Positions 19,161-27,591 of a stretch of 64,000 nt of DNA are shown here, piece by piece. The stretch comes from a virus. A program made the position numbers and the translations under genes. The DNA lies in IMG/VR virus record IMGVR_UViG_3300017917_001336, positions 83,568 through 147,567 of that record, one strand, 5' to 3'. Positions within the stretch are counted from its first letter, which is position 1, and each line of letters starts with the position of its first letter. A model generated the notes under the pieces. That model saw only the letters and a list, made by a program, of their open reading frames with translations. It had not been told where the DNA came from and searched no databases.

Positions 19161-19484
19161 TTACGCCTCCATGCTAGCAAGCTCGTCCTCTTGCATACCT
19201 TGTTCTGTAAAGCTAACAGCAAAGCCTACAGCGTCACTAATAGCAGTTTCAAACCCACTATCTGTATAAATGTCCCATGTGCTGTTGTGTTGCACATTTA
19301 CCATTGTATAAAATTCGCTGTCGTAAATGTTATTAATAATAGTAATACCTGTTACATTAATAACACGCCCTGCCTCACAGCCCCACAAGCCGTCGCCTGC
19401 TGTAGTAACTGTAAATGCACACATAAATTCTGTAATAATACAGTCTACGTCACGCTCGTAACGCACAAGCACTAATTTTTGCAT
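19161..19484 (-). CDS. hypothetical early protein (GDGLWG, YTDSGF, FTEQGMQ; proline-free)
   Basis: Promoter and RBS; inside the GA/GG-free tract. Confidence 0.75.
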   Translation of the reverse strand: MQKLVLVRYERDVDCIITEFMCAFTVTTAGDGLWGCEAGRVINVTGITIINNIYDSEFYTMVNVQHNSTWDIYTDSGFETAISDAVGFAVSFTEQGMQEDELASMEA

Positions 19485-19567
19485 ACATCGCTCCTTTTGC
19501 TACTTAAAAAACAATTATAGCACAGCAAGCCCAAAATGTCAACTTGCTGTGCTAATAACCCTACAGT

Positions 19568-19798
19568 TTAGTCTATTATTTGCACATTAGCACAGCGCAA
19601 AGTCTGCATAGCAGTATTAATGCTTTTTAATACTTCTGCTTGTGCATTTACATAATCTGTACTACAAATATCTCCTGTAACTAGTACAGCATTTTTAACA
19701 GTTACTACATTATGCTTATCAAAACTAAAAATTACGCGATAAGTGTTAAGACGCTTGTTTACTACTACTTTAGCTAACACAGTACAATTTGTTTGCAT
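19568..19798 (-). CDS. hypothetical early protein (proline-free)
   Basis: Promoter and GGAGCG RBS. Confidence 0.7.
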   Translation of the reverse strand: MQTNCTVLAKVVVNKRLNTYRVIFSFDKHNVVTVKNAVLVTGDICSTDYVNAQAEVLKSINTAMQTLRCANVQIID

Positions 19799-19846
19799 AC
19801 ACGCTCCTTCTAAGTGTTTGTATTATAGCGCAGCTAGCCCAAAATG

Positions 19847-20086
19847 TCAAATCCCTACAGCTTGTAGGGTCTTTAGTTCTTGTTGCAATTCTGCCACACG
19901 CTGTTTTTGCAGTTGTGCAATAAACTTGACTTTTTTAGTTTCGATGTCTTTGCGGAACTTATTAATGCTTACATTTAGCATATAAGAGGTTTGTCCGTAG
20001 CTTTGCAGCTTATTTTGTGTTTTGTACACATGAGCACGAGCGGCAGACATAGCGTATGCGTTTACAGTATTAGCGTATTGACCCAT
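19847..20086 (-). CDS. hypothetical early protein
   Basis: AAAGGA RBS after promoter 20108-20136 places the start at 20086. Confidence 0.65.
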   Translation of the reverse strand: MGQYANTVNAYAMSAARAHVYKTQNKLQSYGQTSYMLNVSINKFRKDIETKKVKFIAQLQKQRVAELQQELKTLQAVGI

Positions 20087-20104
20087 CTTTGTTCCTTTTA
20101 AAAA

Positions 20105-20320
20105 TGTATTATAGCACACTTTGGACCCGCTGTCAACAACCCTAACGACCGTAGGGTCTCTCATGATCCATTGACGCCTAACCCAAAAGGCAGTATAATA
20201 CATGTATTCGAACAAAGGGGGGTGGACGTCGAGGCTGGGCGTCAGTTTCTGAGCCTGAAATAAGAAAAAGTGTGGCATCTGCGCCACACTCTAGAATACC
20301 CTGGTTGACAGCAGGGTTAC
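20105..20320. repeat. divergent-promoter/small-RNA module, copy 1
   Basis: Back-to-back sigma70 promoters, TTCGAACA, GGTGGACGTCGAGG, TGT-N12-ACA box, hairpin with GTTGACA loop; homologous to 22026-22265. Confidence 0.65.
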
Positions 20321-20580
20321 ATGCTCCAGTATGCCTCGCTGGATGGGCTACAGTATCTGGGCGTATCAAATCGTTCCATGTACTCTTTACCACCCATCAT
20401 GTTGATCCGCTTGACCATAGTCTCATGGATTTCATAGCGGAACCCTTGACTGGCTCGCCACGTATGCTTGACAGTATGCTCTAGGGTCTTGAGGTCTGTA
20501 GTATCATAGTCACTATAATGCACTCGGCGCTCGCCTGCCTTGGTGCGAGCATCCTTTTTGTATATGATAACGGTATACAT
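20317..20580 (-). CDS. hypothetical protein (TPRYCSPSSEAYWSM C-terminus)
   Basis: TAATG coupling, GGAGG RBS. Confidence 0.7.
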   Translation of the reverse strand: MYTVIIYKKDARTKAGERRVHYSDYDTTDLKTLEHTVKHTWRASQGFRYEIHETMVKRINMMGGKEYMERFDTPRYCSPSSEAYWSM

Positions 20581-20858
20581 TATGCAGCCTCCAACATTGA
20601 CAGTGGAACGGAGTAGACCATGTTCATGCTAGGGATATGCACATCGGCCTTCTTGATCTTGATCTTGCGGATCGTTCCCACTACGGTACCACCCAACTTG
20701 GCATGGGTCAGTTTAACCTTATCGCCACTGTGGAAGGTGCAGGCGTTAACCCGGGCAGTCTTTGAACGGGCAAAGGCCACAGCGTCTACAATACTTTGCA
20801 GATCCTGCGCAGACCACGCACCCGAAATAATTGCACGATTGATAGTACCAATATCCAT
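20580..20858 (-). CDS. hypothetical protein, possible SH3/KOW-like C-terminus
   Basis: Promoter and GGAGCG RBS; FHSGDKVKL..GTIRKIKIK. Confidence 0.65.
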   Translation of the reverse strand: MDIGTINRAIISGAWSAQDLQSIVDAVAFARSKTARVNACTFHSGDKVKLTHAKLGGTVVGTIRKIKIKKADVHIPSMNMVYSVPLSMLEAA

Positions 20859-20937
20859 TTCACGCTCCTTTTTGTCTAAGTGTTTCTATTATATGCTCAA
20901 ACGCACCCGCTGTCAACCTACTAAGCAGCGGGGCCTA

Positions 20938-21642
20938 TTATGCAGCTACAGCGATTGGAATCATACGGCGAACGAACCCAGTGGTGTCCTTCTTAGCACG
21001 ACCCTTAGCCTTAAGCCCTGCGATGCAACCCTTAGGGTCCAAAAAGCGCAGGTCAGTGTCGTCTGCATTAATTACAGGACGGCCCATGTAAGAGTCTGGG
21101 AGCTTGTCAAAGACAGCAGCCACGTTCATACCTGCACTCACTGCCTTTTGTACGTCTGCTTCGTTACCGTCTGCAGCTGAGAACGTCAAGTGATAGTTGG
21201 GCAGGTGTGCTACCTTGCGTCCAAGCACCTTAGTATAGTCATAGAACTGTACATTGGGGAACTTCTCAATGATACCGTACTTCTCCCAAGCCAAGTCCGA
21301 TGTACCGTTAAGGCGGAACACGGGTGTCAAACCCAGCTTCGCAGACTGTTTGATGCCCAGCTTGATGTCCTTCTCCAGCTGAGCCATAAATGCATCACGC
21401 TGCTCAAAGAACATCCTAGTCTTGCGAATGCGAGCCTGCTGGATCATGTTGGTGTTTTCACCGCGCTTGAACATACCACCGCGCCCGGCAGTATTCAAAC
21501 AGGCAGCGGTACAGCCTGCGGTGCGCTTAGGGCAAGTCTCCTTACCGGACAGCGTCGCAGGAGCAAGATGCAGAATAAAGCTAAGATAGCCCAATTTTGC
21601 ACCCTTTTGGATCTTGGGATTTGCAGTACTTAGAAGTTTCAT
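20938..21642 (-). CDS. gp88-like protein (Cys-triad, radical-SAM-like)
   Basis: CPKRTAGCTAACLNTAGRG, FRLNGTSD, QFYDYTK, NYHLTFS, DLRFLD, GLKAKG. Confidence 0.7.
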   Translation of the reverse strand: MKLLSTANPKIQKGAKLGYLSFILHLAPATLSGKETCPKRTAGCTAACLNTAGRGGMFKRGENTNMIQQARIRKTRMFFEQRDAFMAQLEKDIKLGIKQSAKLGLTPVFRLNGTSDLAWEKYGIIEKFPNVQFYDYTKVLGRKVAHLPNYHLTFSAADGNEADVQKAVSAGMNVAAVFDKLPDSYMGRPVINADDTDLRFLDPKGCIAGLKAKGRAKKDTTGFVRRMIPIAVAA

Positions 21643-21698
21643 GTTCGCTCCATGTTCGTTTAAGTTAGCCTATAGTATAGCAAGAATTAATAACCCTG

Positions 21699-22022
21699 TC
21701 AACCGTCGGTGTATTGGTCGTTGAGCGAGGGTTGATGCTGCTTGACCCATGCCCGTTCCCAAGCATAAGCTTCAGCCCGCCCACGTATGACAGCCAGTAC
21801 TTCGTGTTCCCAGTCTGTCCAAGCACCAGCACGGATATATTCGTATACAGTCCACGCCTGCTGTTCGTGACGAGCCCGGCTAATATGCTTACGCCAACGC
21901 TCTGCCACTGCCTTAGGTACTGTACGGGTGCCCTTACGGGTCAAGCCCACGTATACATTGCCTTCATGCATAGCAGCGTAGATAACATAGTTTGAATCTT
22001 TACGAGCAGTTCTTTTTGTCAT
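21699..22022 (-). CDS. GIY-YIG family nuclease-like protein
   Basis: YVIY...VYVGLT, RWRKH, conserved E and C-terminal LN; start after promoter 22029-22057. Confidence 0.6.
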   Translation of the reverse strand: MTKRTARKDSNYVIYAAMHEGNVYVGLTRKGTRTVPKAVAERWRKHISRARHEQQAWTVYEYIRAGAWTDWEHEVLAVIRGRAEAYAWERAWVKQHQPSLNDQYTDG

Positions 22023-22025
22023 AGT

Positions 22026-22265
22026 CGTATTATAGCATTCCGAGCCCAAACTGTCAACCACAATAACCCTACAGCTGACTCGGGTATTTTTGCCCCGAGT
22101 TGACAGCCTGCCCAAAATGCAGTATAATTTGGGCATAGGTTCGAACAGCTACACTGGGGATGGACGGCGAGGGTGCGCAGGTGATTCTAAGTTAGTAAGT
22201 GCCAACTTAGCCCGTGGTTAAAATACAACAAACTAGAAAAACCCGGTTGACAAAACGGGTTTTTG
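22026..22265. repeat. divergent-promoter/small-RNA module, copy 2
   Basis: Promoters 22029-22057(-) and 22100-22128(+), TTCGAACA, GATGGACGGCGAGG, box 22213-22230, hairpin with GTTGACA loop. Confidence 0.65.
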
Positions 22266-22334
22266 GGCTGGGTGTCTCGGCCCGGCCGAGACCGTCTCGG
22301 CCCCTTTTTCTCAAAAACCATTCCGAACCGCCGC

Positions 22335-22529
22335 CTAATTTTGAATGGGTTTTTCTATGAACTTGCAAGCGTCATATTGATTATCAAATATTTCATACTC
22401 GCAACTGACATCGTTATATTTGAATATATGTAAATTCCTAGTGGCCATGCACATGCTGATAGCTATATTATAGTCTTTACCTGCTACATGTACGTGTGCT
22501 AAATGCACTATAGTATTAGGGGTCATCAT
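22335..22529 (-). CDS. hypothetical protein
   Basis: 64-aa ORF after TAAATA on minus. Confidence 0.45.
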   Translation of the reverse strand: MMTPNTIVHLAHVHVAGKDYNIAISMCMATRNLHIFKYNDVSCEYEIFDNQYDACKFIEKPIQN

Positions 22530-23191
22530 ATATTTAACAGTTCGAGCTCCTTATAGCAGTTAGCAGGATCCCCACTGTGACTCCTACGAGACTCCTAGCG
22601 TGTGACAAAGTGCAAGTAGAATGCTCGATTGTGTGATCTAGATCACCCCACCATGCGTATAGAGTCATACACAGGGGTCTCAGAATAGAAAAAGTGCAGA
22701 AAAGTGTAGAATTGTGTGATAAAGTGTGACAGAACCTAGAAAATGCGTCAGAATCGTGGCAGGCACCCTGGAACACGGTGGTCCTAGAATTTTCTACCTT
22801 GAGGTCGAGACGGGCATAGTTAAAATGGATACTATGTATCTAGACCGCAGCGGGGCCTATTGCACACACGCACATAAACCCCCGCCCAATTGTTCTCAGC
22901 CTATATATAAGTTTTGCCAAAGCACTTGCACCCTTAACTAATAGCCTCTATACTATATGCATAAGGGTCCGCCCAATCGTATCTTATACTATAGTTCTAC
23001 TGTGCTAGTAAGGTTTAGAAACTGATGCAGTCATAGTGCTCTATACATGTACGCAGCGGGGCCTAAGCGGAGTTCGTAGAACGAGCCTCCTATGTATAAC
23101 TGTGAGTTATTATGATTATATTTGATTACATGTACATACTAGCGTTAATCGCTATAGTAGTCTACATAGTATATAAGTTGAACAAGCCATT

Positions 23192-23392
23192 ATGAATGCA
23201 TTTACTGTATATAAGATCTTACAGCATGACACTAAGCAACTGTTATTAGTACAGGGTTTTGGTTCTGTAGAGTTTCAACTAAGCGTATATGATGAACACA
23301 CAGGTACTACGCTCAAGAGACTATCTAACTGTACTATAGAAGAATTTGAAGAAGCCATTAAAATTTTACGGGGAACTTGCGAGAGTCAGTAA
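23192..23392 (+). CDS. hypothetical protein
   Basis: 66-aa ORF. Confidence 0.45.
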   Translation: MNAFTVYKILQHDTKQLLLVQGFGSVEFQLSVYDEHTGTTLKRLSNCTIEEFEEAIKILRGTCESQ

Positions 23393-23579
23393 GGGCATTT
23401 AGCTTTTCGTGTAAGCGGGCAAATACTACATTGTCCATGTGATTCTTTTGTAACACTACATCCGCTAATATACCCAAAGCCCAAGCCAAGTGTTCGTTAT
23501 GTGTGTAGTCAGGGTGTATGCTGTGACTAACTTCTAATACATTTAACACTAAGTTTTTTACTCTGCTTGGGTCTACCAT
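23358..23579 (-). CDS. hypothetical protein
   Basis: 73-aa ORF downstream of 23584..23775. Confidence 0.55.
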   Translation of the reverse strand: MVDPSRVKNLVLNVLEVSHSIHPDYTHNEHLAWALGILADVVLQKNHMDNVVFARLHEKLNALTDSRKFPVKF

Positions 23580-23583
23580 AAGA

Positions 23584-23775
23584 TTATTGTTGTGCTGGTT
23601 CGTACGCTACTTTGATTACGCCAACCCAGTCACTTGCTCCTGTTTGTTCTGCGGCCCATGCATCAGCTGCTAGTCTAGCTTCAGCAGTTTCAGCTATGAG
23701 TGTGTTGGGTTTTTCTACAGTTTTGTTGAGTGTTTCTGAATGTGCATGTATAGTATGTGTAAATGGAAATGCCAT
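23584..23775 (-). CDS. small late protein
   Basis: GAGGAG RBS, TAAATA upstream; similar to 35292..35540 (A..AA...DW). Confidence 0.65.
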   Translation of the reverse strand: MAFPFTHTIHAHSETLNKTVEKPNTLIAETAEARLAADAWAAEQTGASDWVGVIKVAYEPAQQ

Positions 23776-23888
23776 AATATTCTCCTCTTTGTACTATTTA
23801 TTGGAATACAATTAAGTACCCAGAGTAAAGGGGAAGAGGCATGACTTCCCCTTTGCGAATGGTTAGCGGAGCGATCTGGACTACATGT

Positions 23889-23945
23889 GCGCTCAAAATT
23901 TTTCGCTGACGCTTCGCGTATTTTTGGCGCTGCCGCCCTACGGCT
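23889..23945 (-). repeat. GCGAAGC element (right), inverted relative to 10011-10090
   Basis: Reverse complement GCGGCAGCGC-N8-CGCGAAGCGTCAGCG versus left GCGGCAGCGC-N13-CGCGAAGCGTTAGCG. Confidence 0.7.
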
Positions 23946-24010
23946 TTTTGGGCTCTTGACTGGCACCATTTTTTATGTTATAGTTATGCTTATTAGGCGG
24001 AGAATAGGCT

Positions 24011-24385
24011 ATGCAACTTAAAGTGTACAATCCACAACATGCTCGTCGTGATGTTTACTTCTTTGAAGTAGCCGAGTTTCACTACTATACGGGTGAGGAA
24101 GTTAATGTTAAATGGGCCAAGGCGTGTGAAATGGGTTTCAAGACTGATGACGCGGTTGGCTTGCGTATTATACAGCGCAAGTGGATTCGTGAAATTGATG
24201 GCCAGCCCTATGTGTATAAGGATGAGCTAGAAGTCAAGCCTTCGGGCATCATTGAGGTTGCAGGCTCTAAAGGATCTGTGTATTATCTAGATATAGGCCA
24301 GGGTACTTGTACATGCCCGGGCTTTACATTTAGGGGTGCTTGCAAGCACATAGCTGAACATGTCAAATCATCCGGAAGAAGTTGA
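24011..24385 (+). CDS. SWIM-type zinc-finger protein
   Basis: GSKGSVY...CTCPGFTFRGACKH; sigma70-like promoter at about 23956-23984. Confidence 0.75.
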   Translation: MQLKVYNPQHARRDVYFFEVAEFHYYTGEEVNVKWAKACEMGFKTDDAVGLRIIQRKWIREIDGQPYVYKDELEVKPSGIIEVAGSKGSVYYLDIGQGTCTCPGFTFRGACKHIAEHVKSSGRS

Positions 24386-24722
24386 ATATTTTATACGCAA
24401 ATATGAAGCTCAAATAGAGCCCAGCCGCAAACGAGTGGCTTACAAGCGGCCACCATATAACTATGCACTAGCATTTGATGAGCCATACACATACTCCGTA
24501 GACATAGAACGTGAGCCTTGTGTAGAAATAACCCTACCCCCTGAACGTTTTAGAGATTTATTGGATCAGCAACATACCCTGACACGCTTGATGGAAGATT
24601 CGGGACGTTATGGGGAAATGCTAGCCGAAATGCGAGCAGAAGAACGGGTACGCCAGGATAACCCTGCTGTGGCCCGTGCTTGGCGTAACTATGTTACCCT
24701 ATTAGAATTAGCAAGGAGATAG
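24360..24722 (+). CDS. hypothetical protein (NPAVARAW..Y C-terminus)
   Basis: ORF in the operon. Confidence 0.65.
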   Translation: MSNHPEEVEYFIRKYEAQIEPSRKRVAYKRPPYNYALAFDEPYTYSVDIEREPCVEITLPPERFRDLLDQQHTLTRLMEDSGRYGEMLAEMRAEERVRQDNPAVARAWRNYVTLLELARR

Positions 24723-24814
24723 TATGGAATTTGATATAATAGCTACCCTGGTAGCATTTGGTTTGATAGCCCTATTTGTTGTGGGCATGTATAAGTGTGT
24801 AAAGGGTGACTCGG

Positions 24815-25204
24815 ATGATTAAAGGTATTAACGGGGGCCAGTTTATAACAGTCCAGGGTGGCTCACCATCATCTACATACGTTAACAACTATTCAGGTGG
24901 CCAGGGTGTGGGCAATATGCGCTACAATACTTCTAGCCAGAACGTTGAAGTGTATGATGGTAATAACTGGGTACAGCTAGCCATGAGCTATGCTAGTGTA
25001 GAGCTGTCGGGTGATGCTCAAAGTTTACTACGCTGGGCCCAAGATGAACGTTCACGTCAGAGTCGTCGTCAAGAGCTAATTAAAAACAATCCTGCACTAC
25101 AAAAAGCCTATGAAGCTATTGCTCGTGCTGAAGCTAACTTTGACATCCTGGAAAAGTTTGTGGAGAACGACAGTGAATCAGGTCAAGTCCAATCCAGCCC
25201 ATAA
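24815..25204 (+). CDS. hypothetical protein (NPALQKAYE C-terminus)
   Basis: ORF; GNMRYN..VEVYDG motif. Confidence 0.65.
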   Translation: MIKGINGGQFITVQGGSPSSTYVNNYSGGQGVGNMRYNTSSQNVEVYDGNNWVQLAMSYASVELSGDAQSLLRWAQDERSRQSRRQELIKNNPALQKAYEAIARAEANFDILEKFVENDSESGQVQSSP

Positions 25205-25499
25205 CGAGGGTAGTATCAAACTACCCGGGGAAACGGACCCGGACTTTGCTCGTGTAGTTCACGAGTATCTTAGCCATTTTGCTTACTATAAAATCAAAAA
25301 GGACTATGCTCAACGTGAGCGTTTATACGAGTGGTGTGCCCAATACATGGGTGAAAAGTACCGGGATTGGTTTGTACACGAAGGTGGCAAGTATGACAAA
25401 TGGTGGACCATAAACATACGCAGTCCAAAACATTGCACCATTTTTAGTTTACGCTGGTCCGATATCATTATCGAATTTGTTGACAGAAAATCTAAATAG
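25173..25499 (+). CDS. hypothetical protein, F-x-L-R-W family
   Basis: EWC...G; C-terminal IFSLRWS. Confidence 0.6.
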   Translation: MNQVKSNPAHNEGSIKLPGETDPDFARVVHEYLSHFAYYKIKKDYAQRERLYEWCAQYMGEKYRDWFVHEGGKYDKWWTINIRSPKHCTIFSLRWSDIIIEFVDRKSK

Positions 25500-25535
25500 T
25501 GCTAAACTAAGGCTATCGTATATCTAAAGGTAGCT

Positions 25536-25772
25536 ATGTTTACTGCTGAAACTTTTCAATCTAAGCACGACATCCGCACAATTCGCCAAGGCGAACCTAA
25601 CTTCATGCTAAGTGATGGCATGGTCATGTATCCACGGGCTATGATTCATATCATGCCTGAATGTCCGTTGCGTGTTCGCGAAATGATTAATTGGGCTATT
25701 ACCGAAGGATATGTTAAAACCGTAGCACATGTTCAAGGAAAGGAACTGACATGGGAACAACTCACAAAATAA
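25536..25772 (+). CDS. hypothetical protein
   Basis: Promoter TTGACA near 25480. Confidence 0.65.
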   Translation: MFTAETFQSKHDIRTIRQGEPNFMLSDGMVMYPRAMIHIMPECPLRVREMINWAITEGYVKTVAHVQGKELTWEQLTK

Positions 25773-25932
25773 CTGGCTTTAGAAACTGGCTACAGGAAAT
25801 GTGGATGTTACACAAGGACGAGTATAGTGAAATGCACTTGCCAATTCCAGAATCAGATCAAGCTGAATACTTTCAAAAGTACAAGTATTGGCTTAAACGT
25901 GAATACCGCCACCAAACTAAGGATGAATAATA

Positions 25933-26301
25933 ATGTTTGATTCTATTTTTATATTGTTAGCCTTGCTGTTTATCAAGCATTGGTACATTGACTTTGTTAA
26001 TCAATCTAATGAAGAAGTAGCGGGCAAAGGCATTTACGGCAATGCTCACGGGCTTATGCACTCTATCAAGCATGGTGCGGCTACGTTCTTAATTTTCCTG
26101 TTGTTTAGCAAAGACTTTCCTTTTAGCGTGATTATTGGCTTTTTGGACTTTGTGCTACACTATCACATTGACTGGGCCAAAATGAATATCAACAAGCGTT
26201 TTAAATATACAATTGAAATGCCGCAGTTCTGGGCTTGGCTTGGTGCTGATCAATTAGCTCATTCGTTAACTTATCTAGGATTGGTTTGGTTAGCAGTATG
26301 A
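25933..26301 (+). CDS. DUF3307-like membrane protein
   Basis: KHWYIDF..Q, HSIKHG, HYHIDWAK, LGADQLAH. Confidence 0.75.
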   Translation: MFDSIFILLALLFIKHWYIDFVNQSNEEVAGKGIYGNAHGLMHSIKHGAATFLIFLLFSKDFPFSVIIGFLDFVLHYHIDWAKMNINKRFKYTIEMPQFWAWLGADQLAHSLTYLGLVWLAV

Positions 26302-26540
26302 AAGAACTTCCTGTTCACAAAGACAAATTAGGCCGCGAAATTAAAGTAAATGACTTTGTGGCTTATCCTACTCATAACAGCCTTGAGTTCGGCAAGGTTA
26401 TGAAAATTAACAACAAGATGATTGGTGTGTTGCCTGTTATTCAAAAGTACAAGCATCACAAAAATACAAACAAGTATCCATCTGATCTAGTTCGTTTAGA
26501 AGCACAGGATATGACATGGTATATACTAAAGAACTCGTAG
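26298..26540 (+). CDS. hypothetical protein (SH3-like; DKLGREIKVND)
   Basis: ATGA overlap. Confidence 0.65.
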   Translation: MKELPVHKDKLGREIKVNDFVAYPTHNSLEFGKVMKINNKMIGVLPVIQKYKHHKNTNKYPSDLVRLEAQDMTWYILKNS

Positions 26541-26545
26541 ACCCA

Positions 26546-26734
26546 ATGAAACTTCCCTGTGGAGGTACAGCATACTTTGATCAAGACTCGGGTATTGCTT
26601 ATCGTTGTCAAGATTGCATGGCTGTAGTTGGATCAATTGGGCAACCACAACGATGTAAAGATGCGGCTCAAAAATATGAAAATTGGGCGGCCATGGGTGG
26701 CGAGCCCTGGGATTACTTTGAGGAAGCAGAATAA
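26546..26734 (+). CDS. small Cys-rich protein
   Basis: LPCGG, YRCQDC..VVGS. Confidence 0.6.
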   Translation: MKLPCGGTAYFDQDSGIAYRCQDCMAVVGSIGQPQRCKDAAQKYENWAAMGGEPWDYFEEAE

Positions 26735-26833
26735 TGACTGATAACATGACACTGAATATTATTTGTGCTATAATCGTAGGCGTGCCTATGTTTTATGTAG
26801 CATGGCGAATTTTAAATCTAATGGAGAAATAAG

Positions 26834-27301
26834 ATGAATGTAGTCAAAGGTGATCTGCTACAAATGGGCAAGGATAATGAATTTGATATTATCATGCACG
26901 GCTGTAACTGTTTTTGTATAATGGGTGGCGGTATTGCTGCTCAAATATCAGATCAATTTCCAGATGCTCGTTTAGCAGACGACGAAACTGTGCGTGGTGA
27001 CGCTGGGAAGTTAGGCACTTATACTATAGGTATGCACGGTAGACTTGTTATTCTAAACTGCTATACTCAATTTAGAACTTCAGCAGGTGCGGGTGACGAT
27101 GTATTTGAATATACAGCCTTTGAGCGTGTATTAGATAAAATTTCTATGCGTTTTGGCAAATGGCGCATTGGACTGCCTTTAATAGGTATGGGCCTCGCTG
27201 GTGGAAACCCTGAACGCATTGTTCCTATGATTGAACGTTTTGCTAGTAAAGTTGAAAGGCAGGGCGGATCTGTTACACTGGTTGAGTGGGAACGCAAATG
27301 A
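26834..27301 (+). CDS. macrodomain (ADP-ribose processing) protein
   Basis: KGDLL, HGCNCFCIMGGGIAAQI, NCYTQ, PLIGMGLAGG. Confidence 0.85.
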   Translation: MNVVKGDLLQMGKDNEFDIIMHGCNCFCIMGGGIAAQISDQFPDARLADDETVRGDAGKLGTYTIGMHGRLVILNCYTQFRTSAGAGDDVFEYTAFERVLDKISMRFGKWRIGLPLIGMGLAGGNPERIVPMIERFASKVERQGGSVTLVEWERK

Positions 27302-27591
27302 TTAATTTAAAATTTGAATTAACTAATCCGTGGACTGATCGCTTTGAAAGCATTCAGTGTTGGGTAGGTGTTACACCTTTTAAACACAAGTTCTGGGAAG
27401 TTCAAATAATGAAAACAGATGACATCGTGTCATTTGACTTGCGTGTTACAACTAGACGAGATCACGCAGGAGCAGAACTATGGTTAGGCTTGTTAGGCTA
27501 CAGCATCAATTTTAATGTTTACGACAATCGCCATTGGAACCATAGCGAAGGTCGTTGGATGATTTATACCGAAGAGGAGGGGTTGCATTAA
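27298..27591 (+). CDS. hypothetical protein
   Basis: Coupled ORF. Confidence 0.65.
   Translation: MINLKFELTNPWTDRFESIQCWVGVTPFKHKFWEVQIMKTDDIVSFDLRVTTRRDHAGAELWLGLLGYSINFNVYDNRHWNHSEGRWMIYTEEEGLH

Noticed and set aside
19847-20287. 146-aa ORF as listed in the track
   Set aside because: The 5' extension runs through two promoters; the RBS supports a start at 20086. The same applies to the extensions of 21699..22136, 17048..17338 and 13325..13600.
23090-23400. Second TC/CC-depleted tract on the + strand
   Set aside because: Only partially depleted (about 10 YC remain) and short; not convincing without statistics.
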